Of a stretch of DNA of 47,064 bases, positions 1-8,186 are shown one piece after another. A model generated the notes under the pieces. The model saw only the letters and a program-made list of their open reading frames with translations. It had not been told where the DNA came from and did not search any database. The position numbers and the translations under genes are program-made. Source of the stretch: Capsulimonadales bacterium (GTDB taxonomy: Bacteria > Armatimonadota > Armatimonadia > Armatimonadales > Armatimonadaceae); the NCBI GenBank assembly GCA_033762295.1, contig JANRLW010000076.1, positions 1-47,064 of the forward strand, written 5' to 3'. Numbering within the stretch: the first letter of the stretch is position 1; each line of letters begins with the position of its first letter.

Positions 1-1184
1 CGGATGAGGATTGAAACATTCCGTGCCGACGGACTCTGACATCGCCGCAGGGTGGCATCCGGTCTTCGGGCCGGATGAGGATTGAAACCCGTCGTCGGCG
101 ACCGGGTATCGCGTTCGGTGGGGTGGCATCCGGTCTTCGGGCCGGATGAGGATTGAAACCTCCGGCGTTATTCCTTCCATATCTCTAAACGAATCGTGGC
201 ATCCGGTCTTCGGGCCGGATGAGGATTGAAACTTGACGAACGACGGGTTGTAGATGAGGTTGCCGGAGTCGTGGCATCTGGTCTTCGGGCCGGATGAGGC
301 TTGAAACCCGCCCGGTTTGTGAGTGCCATACCCTCGTCGTAGAGTGGCATCCGGTCTTCGGGCCGGATGAGGATTGAAACGCCGCCAACCGCTGGGTCAC
401 GCCGAGCGGGGTGGTCGTGGCATCCGGTCTTCGGGCCGGATGAGGATTGAAACCTCCGGGTGATTCGCCTCGATGTCGAGGTAACGGTGCCGTGGCATCC
501 GGTCTTCGGGCCGGATGAGGATTGAAACGACCGGTTGGAGGTCTATCCGGGGCGCGAGACACGTGGCATCCGGTCTTCGGGCCGGATGAGGATTGAAACT
601 CGTCGGTCGCATCGGTCGTGGCGGGTTGGCGGCTGTGGCATCCGGTCTTCGGGCCGGATGAGGATTGAAACCCAAAAGCGTTTAACATTTTATAATCCCG
701 TCATAATCCGGGTGGCATCCGGTCTTCGGGCCGGATGAGGATTGAAACAACCGGCAGGGGTCGATGCTACTGGAGGCGGCGACGGTGGCATCCGGTCTTC
801 GGGCCGGATGAGGATTGAAACAACGCGGCGCGGGCATCGCACGGGACAGACAAGTCCGTGGCATCCGGTCTTCGGGCCGGATGAGGATTGAAACGCGTCA
901 AGACGTATCGAAATGTGAAATCCGGCACCGATGGCATCCGGTCTTCGGGCCGGATGAGGATTGAAACAAACTACCCAAAAACGCCGATCTATCGGTAGTG
1001 TCGTGGCATCCGGTCTTCGGGCCGGATGAGGATTGAAACCGGGGCGTGACGGCGGCGACGGATAAGGGCCGCAAGTGGCATCCGGTCTTCGGGCCGGATG
1101 AGGATTGAAACCGACCTTGCGGGTGTGCCTGCGCCGGGTGACGGTGGGTGGCATCCGGTCTTCGGGCCGGATGAGGATTGAAAC
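1..1184 (+). CRISPR. CRISPR array, main part (runs off the left edge); 37-bp repeat GTGGCATCCGGTCTTCGGGCCGGATGAGGATTGAAAC
   Basis: Partial repeat at 1-17; full repeats start at 52,123,196,271,344,417,492,563,635,712,785,858,931,1003,1075,1148, separated by unique 34-40 bp spacers. The repeat folds CATCCGGTC-TTCG-GGCCGGATG with an 11-nt 3' tail AGGATTGAAAC, as in class 1 repeats (I-C-like geometry). The ATTGAAAC end and right-end degeneration imply + strand transcription with the leader outside the window. Confidence 0.99.
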
Positions 1185-1264
1185 AGGGCATGGGCAAGCG
1201 TGCGAGGTGCTGCCCGCTCAATGGGTCGCCAACAAACACAGGAAGGCGCAGACGGTTACCGACT

Positions 1265-1585
1265 ATGATATCCAACGCGAACGACGAGGTGAATACGGCG
1301 ACAAAATTCGGGAGCGAATCCGACGGCCAAGCCACTCAACCAGCGGAGCCATGGCGAAAGTTCCCGCGCAATCCGAACCTAACGCCGGAGCAGCAGGCGG
1401 AACTGGACCGGATCGACCAGGCACTCTGGGCGCTGGAACAGGTGATCGATAACCCGGAAGCGATGGAGCGGGCGCGACAGGCGGGGGAGGATACACGGGA
1501 GCGATTGATAGCAATCCGGGAAGCGTTAGCCTTCCTTGAGGGATCGCCGACGGAGCAGTCGGTCTATGGGCCGGATGAGGATTGA
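1265..1585 (+). CDS. Small helical hypothetical protein (~106 aa) embedded in the CRISPR trailer; weak resemblance to addiction-module antitoxin-like proteins
   Basis: Open frame with G/C-ending codons and amphipathic helices (LTPEQQAELDRIDQALWALEQVIDNPEAMERARQAGEDTRERLIAIREALAFLEG). The stop TGA lies within the degenerate repeat. Start uncertain (ATG 1265 or GTG 1289). Confidence 0.6.
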   Translation: MISNANDEVNTATKFGSESDGQATQPAEPWRKFPRNPNLTPEQQAELDRIDQALWALEQVIDNPEAMERARQAGEDTRERLIAIREALAFLEGSPTEQSVYGPDED

Positions 1586-1662
1586 AACGGACCCCTGCGC
1601 GTTGAACCCGAGATTGAAGAGGGCCATGGCATCCGGTCTTCGGACGCGTTCGAGGCGAATAC
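1552..1662 (+). CRISPR. Terminal repeat-spacer-repeat unit with two degenerate repeats
   Basis: 1552-1588 GGAGCAGTCGGTCTATGGGCCGGATGAGGATTGAAAC has 6 mismatches, all in the 5' half. A 37-bp spacer follows at 1589-1625. From 1626, ATGGCATCCGGTCTTCGG matches the repeat, then the 3' half diverges. Confidence 0.9.
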
Positions 1663-1736
1663 ACAAATCCTGCAATTCATGACCGCCCGCCATGGATAGT
1701 CTCTTTCCACGAAAGGACAGTGTCCGCCAACATTCC

Positions 1737-1761
1737 AAAAGCCGCCTATCGGGCGGCATTT
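1737..1761. terminator. Probable bidirectional intrinsic terminator between the CRISPR transcript and the convergent Uma2 gene
   Basis: AAAA-GCCGCCT-ATC-GGGCGGC-ATTT hairpin. Confidence 0.6.
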
Positions 1762-1801
1762 GCCATATCTCCCTACCGGAGAAGCATCAGCCAGGTCGCA
1801 T

Positions 1802-2299
1802 CTAAACCGTAACCGTACAGCCGCAAGCCAGGGTTAACGCCACCGGCGAGGTATACGTCGCCACCGAATGCGCTGGTCGGAAATGGCTCACCGCAAGCGT
1901 CTCCGGGTCCAGGACCAGAATATCCTTGATGCCCATACGCAGATAAAACGGCACGCCTATTGCCAGATCCTTCGCCTCGTAATCCGCGCTCAAAATCTCC
2001 ACCACCGCCTCCGGAAGCATCGTGATCGCCGTCGTCTGCTCCTCCGGTTCCCCGCAGAAAATCGAAATATCCGGACGCTTCAGCGACCCATCCGGGAAGC
2101 GGACATAAACATCGGCAAGATGAATGCAGGAGCATACCGTTTCGCTTCTCGAAGCGGGCTGGATCGATGCCCGAATACGGTCCACCGCCCGTTGATGCCT
2201 GACATTCGGAAACAGTTCCCAGACCGGTATACCCCCGACCAGTTCCAGACGGAACCCGTTCCGCTCGCCCAATGTCGTCGCCACTTCGTACGGTGTCAT
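1802..2299 (-). CDS. Uma2 family (PD-(D/E)XK) putative restriction endonuclease, 165 aa
   Basis: Motifs ELVGG, P..RHQ, RPDISI, PEAVVEILS, K...Y...GI...LDP. GGAGG SD before ATG 2299 and TATAAT at 2315-2320 on the - strand. Confidence 0.9.
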   Translation of the reverse strand: MTPYEVATTLGERNGFRLELVGGIPVWELFPNVRHQRAVDRIRASIQPASRSETVCSCIHLADVYVRFPDGSLKRPDISIFCGEPEEQTTAITMLPEAVVEILSADYEAKDLAIGVPFYLRMGIKDILVLDPETLAVSHFRPAHSVATYTSPVALTLACGCTVTV

Positions 2300-2376
2300 A
2301 TCGCCTCCGGAAGAATTATATCCCGTTGCCGCGCCTCCCATGCCTCGTCCCGCACGTCGGACACGGCGGATACCCC

Positions 2377-2615
2377 CCCTTACCAGGGGGGAGGCCGGGA
2401 GGGGGTTTCCCTTTGATCTCGCTTTGCTATATGCTATAATCCCAACATCTTGTGCGGACGATGCGCAAGGCAACAATATATAGTACGCATCACCGTTTCT
2501 CAGCAAACACAAACAAACACCAAAACCTGAACCGAAAGCGGGTCTCCTCCTCCCCCTTACCAGGGGGGAGGCCGGGAGGGGGTCTCCCTTACCAGGGGGG
2601 AGGCCGGGAGGGGGT
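2377..2615 (+). repeat. Three identical 30-bp G-rich REP-like repeats CCCTTACCAGGGGGGAGGCCGGGAGGGGGT (2377-2406, 2554-2583, 2586-2615)
   Basis: Direct sequence identity; each has a short C-run/G-run hairpin; the third supplies the GGAGG just before the dnaE ATG. Confidence 0.95.
2413..2440 (+). promoter_or_regulatory. Sigma70-type promoter for dnaE
   Basis: TTGATC-16 nt-TATAAT with extended -10 TG (TGcTATAAT). Confidence 0.7.
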
Positions 2616-2620
2616 TTTTC

Positions 2621-5600
2621 ATGCCAACGCCATTCGTTCATCTGCATAACCACAGCGAGTTCTCGCTCCTCGATGGCGCGTCCAAGATCAAGGACATGAT
2701 CAAGTACGCCGTCGATAACGATATGCCCGCCATCGCCCTCACCGACCACGGTGTCATGTACGGCGCGTTCGAGTTCTGGCAGGCCGCCAAAAAAGCCGGC
2801 ATCAACGGCATCGCCGGAGTGGAACTGTATGTCGCTCCCAAAGGACGAAAGGACCGCTCCCCCACCCGCGACGGCGAAAAACTCAACCACCACCTCGTCG
2901 CCCTCGCCAAAAACGAAACCGGCTACAAAAACCTCATGCAGCTGGTCACCGCCGCCTCGCTCGAAGGCTTCTACTACAAACCCCGCGTCGATAAGGAACT
3001 CCTCGCCCGACACCACGAAGGACTCGTCATCTGCTCCGCCTGCCTCGGAGGAGAACTCGCACAGAACATCATGAATCACCCGGACTCGCTCGAACAGGCC
3101 AAAAACGTCGCCGCCTGGTACCGCGAGGTCTTCGGGGACGATTTCTACCTCGAAATTCAGGGACACGGCGCGTCCGTTCAGGACGATGTCAACGAAAAGA
3201 TCATCCGCATCGCCCGCGCGATGAACATCAAACTCGTCGCCACCAACGATGCCCACTACACCAAAAAAGACGACGCGCACGCACACGACGTCCTCATCTG
3301 CATCCAGACCGGCACCACCGTCCACGATCCCCGACGCATGAAGTACGAACCCCAGGAGTTCTACCTCAAACCCTACGAGGAGATGTTCCGAAAGTTCGAA
3401 AAAATCGCCCCCGACGCCATCGAAAATACCCTCGAAATCCATGAAAAGTGCCGGCTCGAAATCGAAACCGGACGCGCCCCCATGCCCGTCGTCGGTCTGA
3501 TCGAAGGCAGGAACGCCGACGACTCCATGGAACAACTCTGCTGGGAAGGACTCGAAAAACGCCTCCCCGAACATGCCGACGCCCACCGGGACCGACTCAA
3601 ATACGAACTCGGCGTCATCCGACAGATGGGATTCTCACAGTACTTCCTCATCGTCCGGGACATCGCCCAGTACGCCCGAGGCAACGGTATCTACTTCGGC
3701 GTCCGTGGGTCCGCCGCCGGATCGCTCGCCTCCTACTGCCTCGGAATCACCGACCTCGACCCCGTCGAATATAACCTCACCTTCGAACGATTCCTCAACC
3801 CCGAACGCGTCTCCATGCCCGATATCGACATGGACTTCGAAGACACCCGCCGCGCCGACGTCATCCGACACGTCACCAACTTCTACGGCGCGGATAAAGT
3901 CTCGTACATCACCACCTTCGGTACCCTCGGCGCGAAAGCCGCCCTCCGCGACGCCGGTCGCGCACTCGCCCTCCCCCTCCCCGAAGTCGATCGCATCGCC
4001 AAAATGATCCCCGCCATGCCCCTCGGACTCTCCATCGACAAGGCCATGCATGGCTGGCCCGACAAGGACTACCCCGGCAACCCCGAACTGCGCGCCGAAT
4101 ACGAAAACAACGAGATGGCCCGCACCCTGATCGATACCGCCCGCCGCATCGAAGGCGTCACCCGCAACGAATCCGTCCATGCCGCCGGAATCATGATTTC
4201 CGACCGACCCCTCGTCGAATACACCCCCCTGCGCAAACTCGCCGACGGCTCCGTCGCCACCCAGTACCCGCACAGCTCCCTCGAAGCCATCGGACTCCTC
4301 AAAATGGACTTCCTCGGCCTCATCAACCTGACCATCCTCTCCCGATCGGTCAAACTCATCAAACAACATAAAAACGAGGACATCGACATCTGGAAAATCC
4401 CCCTCCTCGCCAGCGATCCCGATCCCGAACGCGCCAAAAAAGCCAAACGCGCCTACGACATGCTCGGCCGTGGCGAAACCGTCGGTGTCTTCCAGCTGGA
4501 ATCCGCCGGTATGCGAAAGTACATCGTCGACCTCAAACCCAACTCCGTCAAGGAACTTGCGGCGATGGTCGCCCTCTACCGCCCCGGCCCCCTCGCCCAC
4601 ATCCCGCGTTACATCCGCTCCAAATTCGATCCCGAGCAAATTAAGTATACACATCCGCTCCTGGAACCTATACTTAAGGAAACATATGGAGTCATCGTAT
4701 ATCAGGATCAAGTCCTTAAAATTGTACAGGCCATTGCGGGCTTCTCCCTTGGACAGGCGGACCTCCTCCGACGCGCGATGGGGAAAAAGAAAAAAGAAGA
4801 GATGGACAAAATGCGCTCCAAATTCATGGAAGGCGCAAAGTCCAACGGCATCCCCGATAAAATCGCCGAGGAAATCTTCGGCGAGATAGAGCCTTTTGCA
4901 GGTTATGCGTTTAATGGAGCACATGCCGCGTGCTATTCGATGCTTGCCTTCCAGACATCCTATTTAAAGGCAAATTATTCCGCCGAATATATGGCCGCGC
5001 TGCTCGGAGCCTATATCGACAACACCGAAAAGGTCGTCACGACCCTGGAGGAGTGCGGGCGAATGGACCTTCAGGTCCTTCCGCCGGATGTCAATCTGTC
5101 GATGGCGGATTTTTCGGTCGAGAGCGACGGAAGGATCCGATTCGGTTTGATGGCGATCAAGAATGTCGGCAAGGCGCCGGTCGACGCCATTCTCGCCGCC
5201 CGCGAAAAAGGGGGGAGGTTCACCTCCCTGGAGGATTTTTGCACCCGTGTCTTCGCCGAGGGAGTGACCTCCCGCACGGTCGTCGAAATGCTGATCAAGG
5301 CCGGCGCGCTGACCTCCGTTCACCCCAATCGACGCGCCCTTCTGGAAGTGCTGGAGGAGTGCGTCGCCGCCGCATCGCGAGGCGCGAAAGACGCCGCCGC
5401 CGGATTGATCTCGCTCTGGGACGATGCGCCATCCGAAGATGCCGCCGCCGTGCGCGCCGTCGCATCGCTGCCCGAAATCGCAGACTTCGCGCGAGGCGAA
5501 CGGTTGGCGTTCGAGAAGGAGCTGCTCGGACTCTACCTCACCGAACATCCCGTCAAACCGTTCGAGGCGGAACTCCGGCGCAAGTACCGGGCGATGCGTT

Positions 5601-6172
5601 GCGATCATGTCAAGGAAACCCAGCCGAACCAATCCGTCTCGGTCGGCGGGCTGGTCACGAATATCCGCACCTCCTACACCAAATCCGGACAGGCGATGTC
5701 GTTCGTCACCGTCGAGGATACTTCGGGCGCGGTGTCCGCCACGCTCTTCCCCAAAACAACCGCGGAATTCGGGAAATACCTTCTTCCCAATGCCGTCATC
5801 GTCCTACATGGCAAGGCGCAGCACCGGGAACGAATCAACAAGCAGACGGCCGAGGAGGGCGGCGAGGAACGGAGTGCGCAGGTCGAGATTATCACGGACC
5901 GCGTGGAAATGGTCGTCGAAAATGCTATGGCAGCCGATGCCCGACCACGCGAAGTCCATATTCGCGTTGATGATTCCAATAGAAACATGCTCAGGATGCT
6001 CAAAGAATCGTTCAATATCCGGGAAGGCGGTTCGCCCCTCTTCTTTCATGTCGATATCGAGGGACAGGCGTGCAAAATCCGTACGAAGCTTCTGGTCGAT
6101 CCCGATGAGGCGATGATCGCTCAGATCCGGCAGATGCTCGGGGGAGGGGCACGGCGGGTCTGGGTCGAGTAA
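2621..6172 (+). CDS. dnaE: DNA polymerase III alpha subunit
   Basis: PHP domain HLHNHSEFSLLDG/ALTDHG, RGSAAGSL, FERFLNPER, PDIDMDF, KMDFLGL, C-terminal OB fold; 1183 aa with no intein. Confidence 0.99.
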   Translation: MPTPFVHLHNHSEFSLLDGASKIKDMIKYAVDNDMPAIALTDHGVMYGAFEFWQAAKKAGINGIAGVELYVAPKGRKDRSPTRDGEKLNHHLVALAKNETGYKNLMQLVTAASLEGFYYKPRVDKELLARHHEGLVICSACLGGELAQNIMNHPDSLEQAKNVAAWYREVFGDDFYLEIQGHGASVQDDVNEKIIRIARAMNIKLVATNDAHYTKKDDAHAHDVLICIQTGTTVHDPRRMKYEPQEFYLKPYEEMFRKFEKIAPDAIENTLEIHEKCRLEIETGRAPMPVVGLIEGRNADDSMEQLCWEGLEKRLPEHADAHRDRLKYELGVIRQMGFSQYFLIVRDIAQYARGNGIYFGVRGSAAGSLASYCLGITDLDPVEYNLTFERFLNPERVSMPDIDMDFEDTRRADVIRHVTNFYGADKVSYITTFGTLGAKAALRDAGRALALPLPEVDRIAKMIPAMPLGLSIDKAMHGWPDKDYPGNPELRAEYENNEMARTLIDTARRIEGVTRNESVHAAGIMISDRPLVEYTPLRKLADGSVATQYPHSSLEAIGLLKMDFLGLINLTILSRSVKLIKQHKNEDIDIWKIPLLASDPDPERAKKAKRAYDMLGRGETVGVFQLESAGMRKYIVDLKPNSVKELAAMVALYRPGPLAHIPRYIRSKFDPEQIKYTHPLLEPILKETYGVIVYQDQVLKIVQAIAGFSLGQADLLRRAMGKKKKEEMDKMRSKFMEGAKSNGIPDKIAEEIFGEIEPFAGYAFNGAHAACYSMLAFQTSYLKANYSAEYMAALLGAYIDNTEKVVTTLEECGRMDLQVLPPDVNLSMADFSVESDGRIRFGLMAIKNVGKAPVDAILAAREKGGRFTSLEDFCTRVFAEGVTSRTVVEMLIKAGALTSVHPNRRALLEVLEECVAAASRGAKDAAAGLISLWDDAPSEDAAAVRAVASLPEIADFARGERLAFEKELLGLYLTEHPVKPFEAELRRKYRAMRCDHVKETQPNQSVSVGGLVTNIRTSYTKSGQAMSFVTVEDTSGAVSATLFPKTTAEFGKYLLPNAVIVLHGKAQHRERINKQTAEEGGEERSAQVEIITDRVEMVVENAMAADARPREVHIRVDDSNRNMLRMLKESFNIREGGSPLFFHVDIEGQACKIRTKLLVDPDEAMIAQIRQMLGGGARRVWVE

Positions 6173-6266
6173 ATCCGTCGATCCGGGAGTGGAATGCCGG
6201 GGGAATGCGATACCCTGAGATGGCTATGGCTGCATTCGAGCAGAACGAGCCGAAAGGGGCGAAACG

Positions 6267-7730
6267 ATGCCCGAAAGCAGGGATTTCCGGGACGATCCGG
6301 TGGTTTTGCTGGAGGATCTGATCCGATTACGCGAAGCGGTCGCGCAGGAAGGTGACAGCCTGTTTGCCGCCTGGGAGCCGCAGATACAAAGAGAACGCTT
6401 CAAGGACAGCGCGGCCAATCTGGCGAACTATCTGGCCCTGCGCCGTCGGGATATCCGCCCCCTGCAGGAGGCATTGCCCCCGTGGGGGTTATCCTCTCTG
6501 GGGCGAAGCGAGAGCTTCGTCCTTCCCAACCTGGACGCCGTCATCGCGACCCTGTCCGCCGTCTGCGGTCGCGCCGACGTTCCTCGGCCCGAGGTCTCGC
6601 GCTTCCGTGAGCCCGGTCAGCTTCTTCTTCGGAACACGATCGACCTCTTCGGGCCGAGCGATCGCTCCGTCCGCATCATGGTGACGCTCCCTGCCGAGGC
6701 CGCCGGTGATCCGACCTTGATTTCCGATCTGGCCCGGGGAGAAGCCGATCTTTTCCGTATCAACTGCGCCCACGACGGCCCCGACCTCTGGGACGGCATG
6801 CTTGATCACGTTCGCGCGGCACGCGAATCGACCGGCAAGGAACTCAGAGTCCTTATGGATCTCGGTGGCCCGAAAGCGCGAACACTCAACGTTCGCCTGC
6901 CGGAATCGCGCCGGGAGCGGGTATTCGAAGGGGATCTTCTTCTCCTGACCGATCGCGACAACGTCGCCTCCCCGCTGTCCCTCCAATGCTCCCTGCCCGA
7001 TGTTCTCTCCCAGGTCGACATCGGTCATCGCGTACGGATGGATGATGGCAAGATCACCGCGCTCGTCGAACAACGCACCGCCGAAGGACTCCTGCTGCGG
7101 ATCACCCATGTCCGTCAGGGAGGACAGAAACTGCAGGCGGATAAAGGACTGAACTTCCCGGATACCAGACTCGACCTCCCCCCGCTGACCGATACCGATC
7201 TTGCCCATCTCGACTATGTCACGGCGAACGCCGATCTGGTCGGCTACTCCTTCGTTCAGAATCCCGACGATATTGACCGGTTGTTCGCCGAACTCGATCG
7301 CCGGAGCGAGGGACCGCTCCCCGGAATCATTCTGAAGATCGAGACGCAGTTCGCCTTCAGGCGACTCCCGGACCTGATCGTTCGAACGGCCGGCCGTGAA
7401 CGCTGCGGAGTGATGATCGCCCGTGGCGATCTGGCAGCCGAGTTAGGATATGGCCGTCTGGTCGAGATTCAGGAGGAACTCCTCTGGTTCTGCGAGGCCG
7501 CCCATCTTCCGGTCATCTGGGCGACGCAGGTCCTGGAAACGATGGTCAAAAAAGGGTTGCCTTCCCGCGCCGAGATGACCGACGCAGCGATGGCGGAGCG
7601 AGCCGAGTGTATCATGCTCAATAAGGGACCGTTCATCCGAGAAGGCGCACGAATGCTGGATGAGGTGATTCGACGGATGGAAGGACATCAGCGCAAAAAA
7701 ACGGCCCGCTTGCGGAAGCTCAGCTTCTGA
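6267..7730 (+). CDS. pyk: Pyruvate kinase (variant with N-terminal extension, no C-terminal allosteric domain)
   Basis: IMVTLP, FRINCAH, LMDLGGPK, DDGKI, KGLNFP, LKIET, MIARGDL, WATQVLE, RAEMTDAA. Confidence 0.92.
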   Translation: MPESRDFRDDPVVLLEDLIRLREAVAQEGDSLFAAWEPQIQRERFKDSAANLANYLALRRRDIRPLQEALPPWGLSSLGRSESFVLPNLDAVIATLSAVCGRADVPRPEVSRFREPGQLLLRNTIDLFGPSDRSVRIMVTLPAEAAGDPTLISDLARGEADLFRINCAHDGPDLWDGMLDHVRAARESTGKELRVLMDLGGPKARTLNVRLPESRRERVFEGDLLLLTDRDNVASPLSLQCSLPDVLSQVDIGHRVRMDDGKITALVEQRTAEGLLLRITHVRQGGQKLQADKGLNFPDTRLDLPPLTDTDLAHLDYVTANADLVGYSFVQNPDDIDRLFAELDRRSEGPLPGIILKIETQFAFRRLPDLIVRTAGRERCGVMIARGDLAAELGYGRLVEIQEELLWFCEAAHLPVIWATQVLETMVKKGLPSRAEMTDAAMAERAECIMLNKGPFIREGARMLDEVIRRMEGHQRKKTARLRKLSF

Positions 7731-7847
7731 GAAGGTTCGCTTCCGAAAGAATGGCTTCGCTCAGGATCGTTCGGCGGTCGCAACCGAATTTGCCTTTTTC
7801 CCGACGGTCAGTGGACAACGCCGCCGCCTTTTTCGTATAATGTTCCC

Positions 7848-8105
7848 GTGCATAGATACATGGTCTATTACTGGATGCAGCAGGGAGATAAAGGCGCCTC
7901 CCTGTGCGAGTACCTGAACGCCGAATCACTGGACGAAGCGACGTCCCAGATTCAACGGCGTCTCGATTTACCGACGTTCGCCTTTGACTCCGAAGGGCGA
8001 GGCCGTGTCATCGTTCGTACGGCACACATACAATATGTGGAGATCGAAGTCGGAGAGGAGTACGACTCGGACATGCCGGAACAAAACACGTTCTCGATCA
8101 ACTGA
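7848..8105 (+). CDS. Small acidic hypothetical protein, probably leaderless
   Basis: Fills the intergenic gap. TGGACA-18 nt-TATAAT (7836-7841) ends 6 nt before GTG 7848; a terminator follows. Confidence 0.7.
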   Translation: MHRYMVYYWMQQGDKGASLCEYLNAESLDEATSQIQRRLDLPTFAFDSEGRGRVIVRTAHIQYVEIEVGEEYDSDMPEQNTFSIN

Positions 8106-8145
8106 GATCCGCTGAGATCCGCTGAGAATTCACTGAGAAATCAAC

Positions 8146-8184
8146 AAAAAACAGGCCGGGCGAATGCCCGGCCTGTTTTCTTTC
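8146..8184. terminator. Bidirectional intrinsic terminator (rpoC and the convergent small gene)
   Basis: AAAAAACAGGCCGGGC-GAAT-GCCCGGCCTGTTTTCTTT. Confidence 0.9.
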
Positions 8185-8186
8185 GG

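Noticed and set aside
665..711. Possible internal promoter from repeat TTGAAA plus TATAAT in the AT-rich spacer 672-711
   Set aside because: 20-nt spacing and no extended -10; probably just an AT-rich protospacer.
1..1184. Self-targeting spacers or cas genes in the window
   Set aside because: No spacer match to the rest of the window was noticed by eye (not exhaustive) and no Cas-like ORF is present, so the subtype cannot be confirmed.
168..1335. Multiple 60-167 aa ORFs across the CRISPR array (FNPHPARRPDAT, FQSSSGPKTGCH repeats)
   Set aside because: Translations of the CRISPR repeat, not genes.
1105..1452. Alternative + frame ORF (115 aa) over the CRISPR insert
   Set aside because: Starts within a repeat, reads through a spacer and repeat, and ends in low-complexity sequence; the 1265-1585 frame looks more coding.
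2300..3586. N-terminal extension of the 594-aa ORF 1802-3586
   Set aside because: Antisense shadow of dnaE; the Uma2 gene has its own SD and ATG at 2299.
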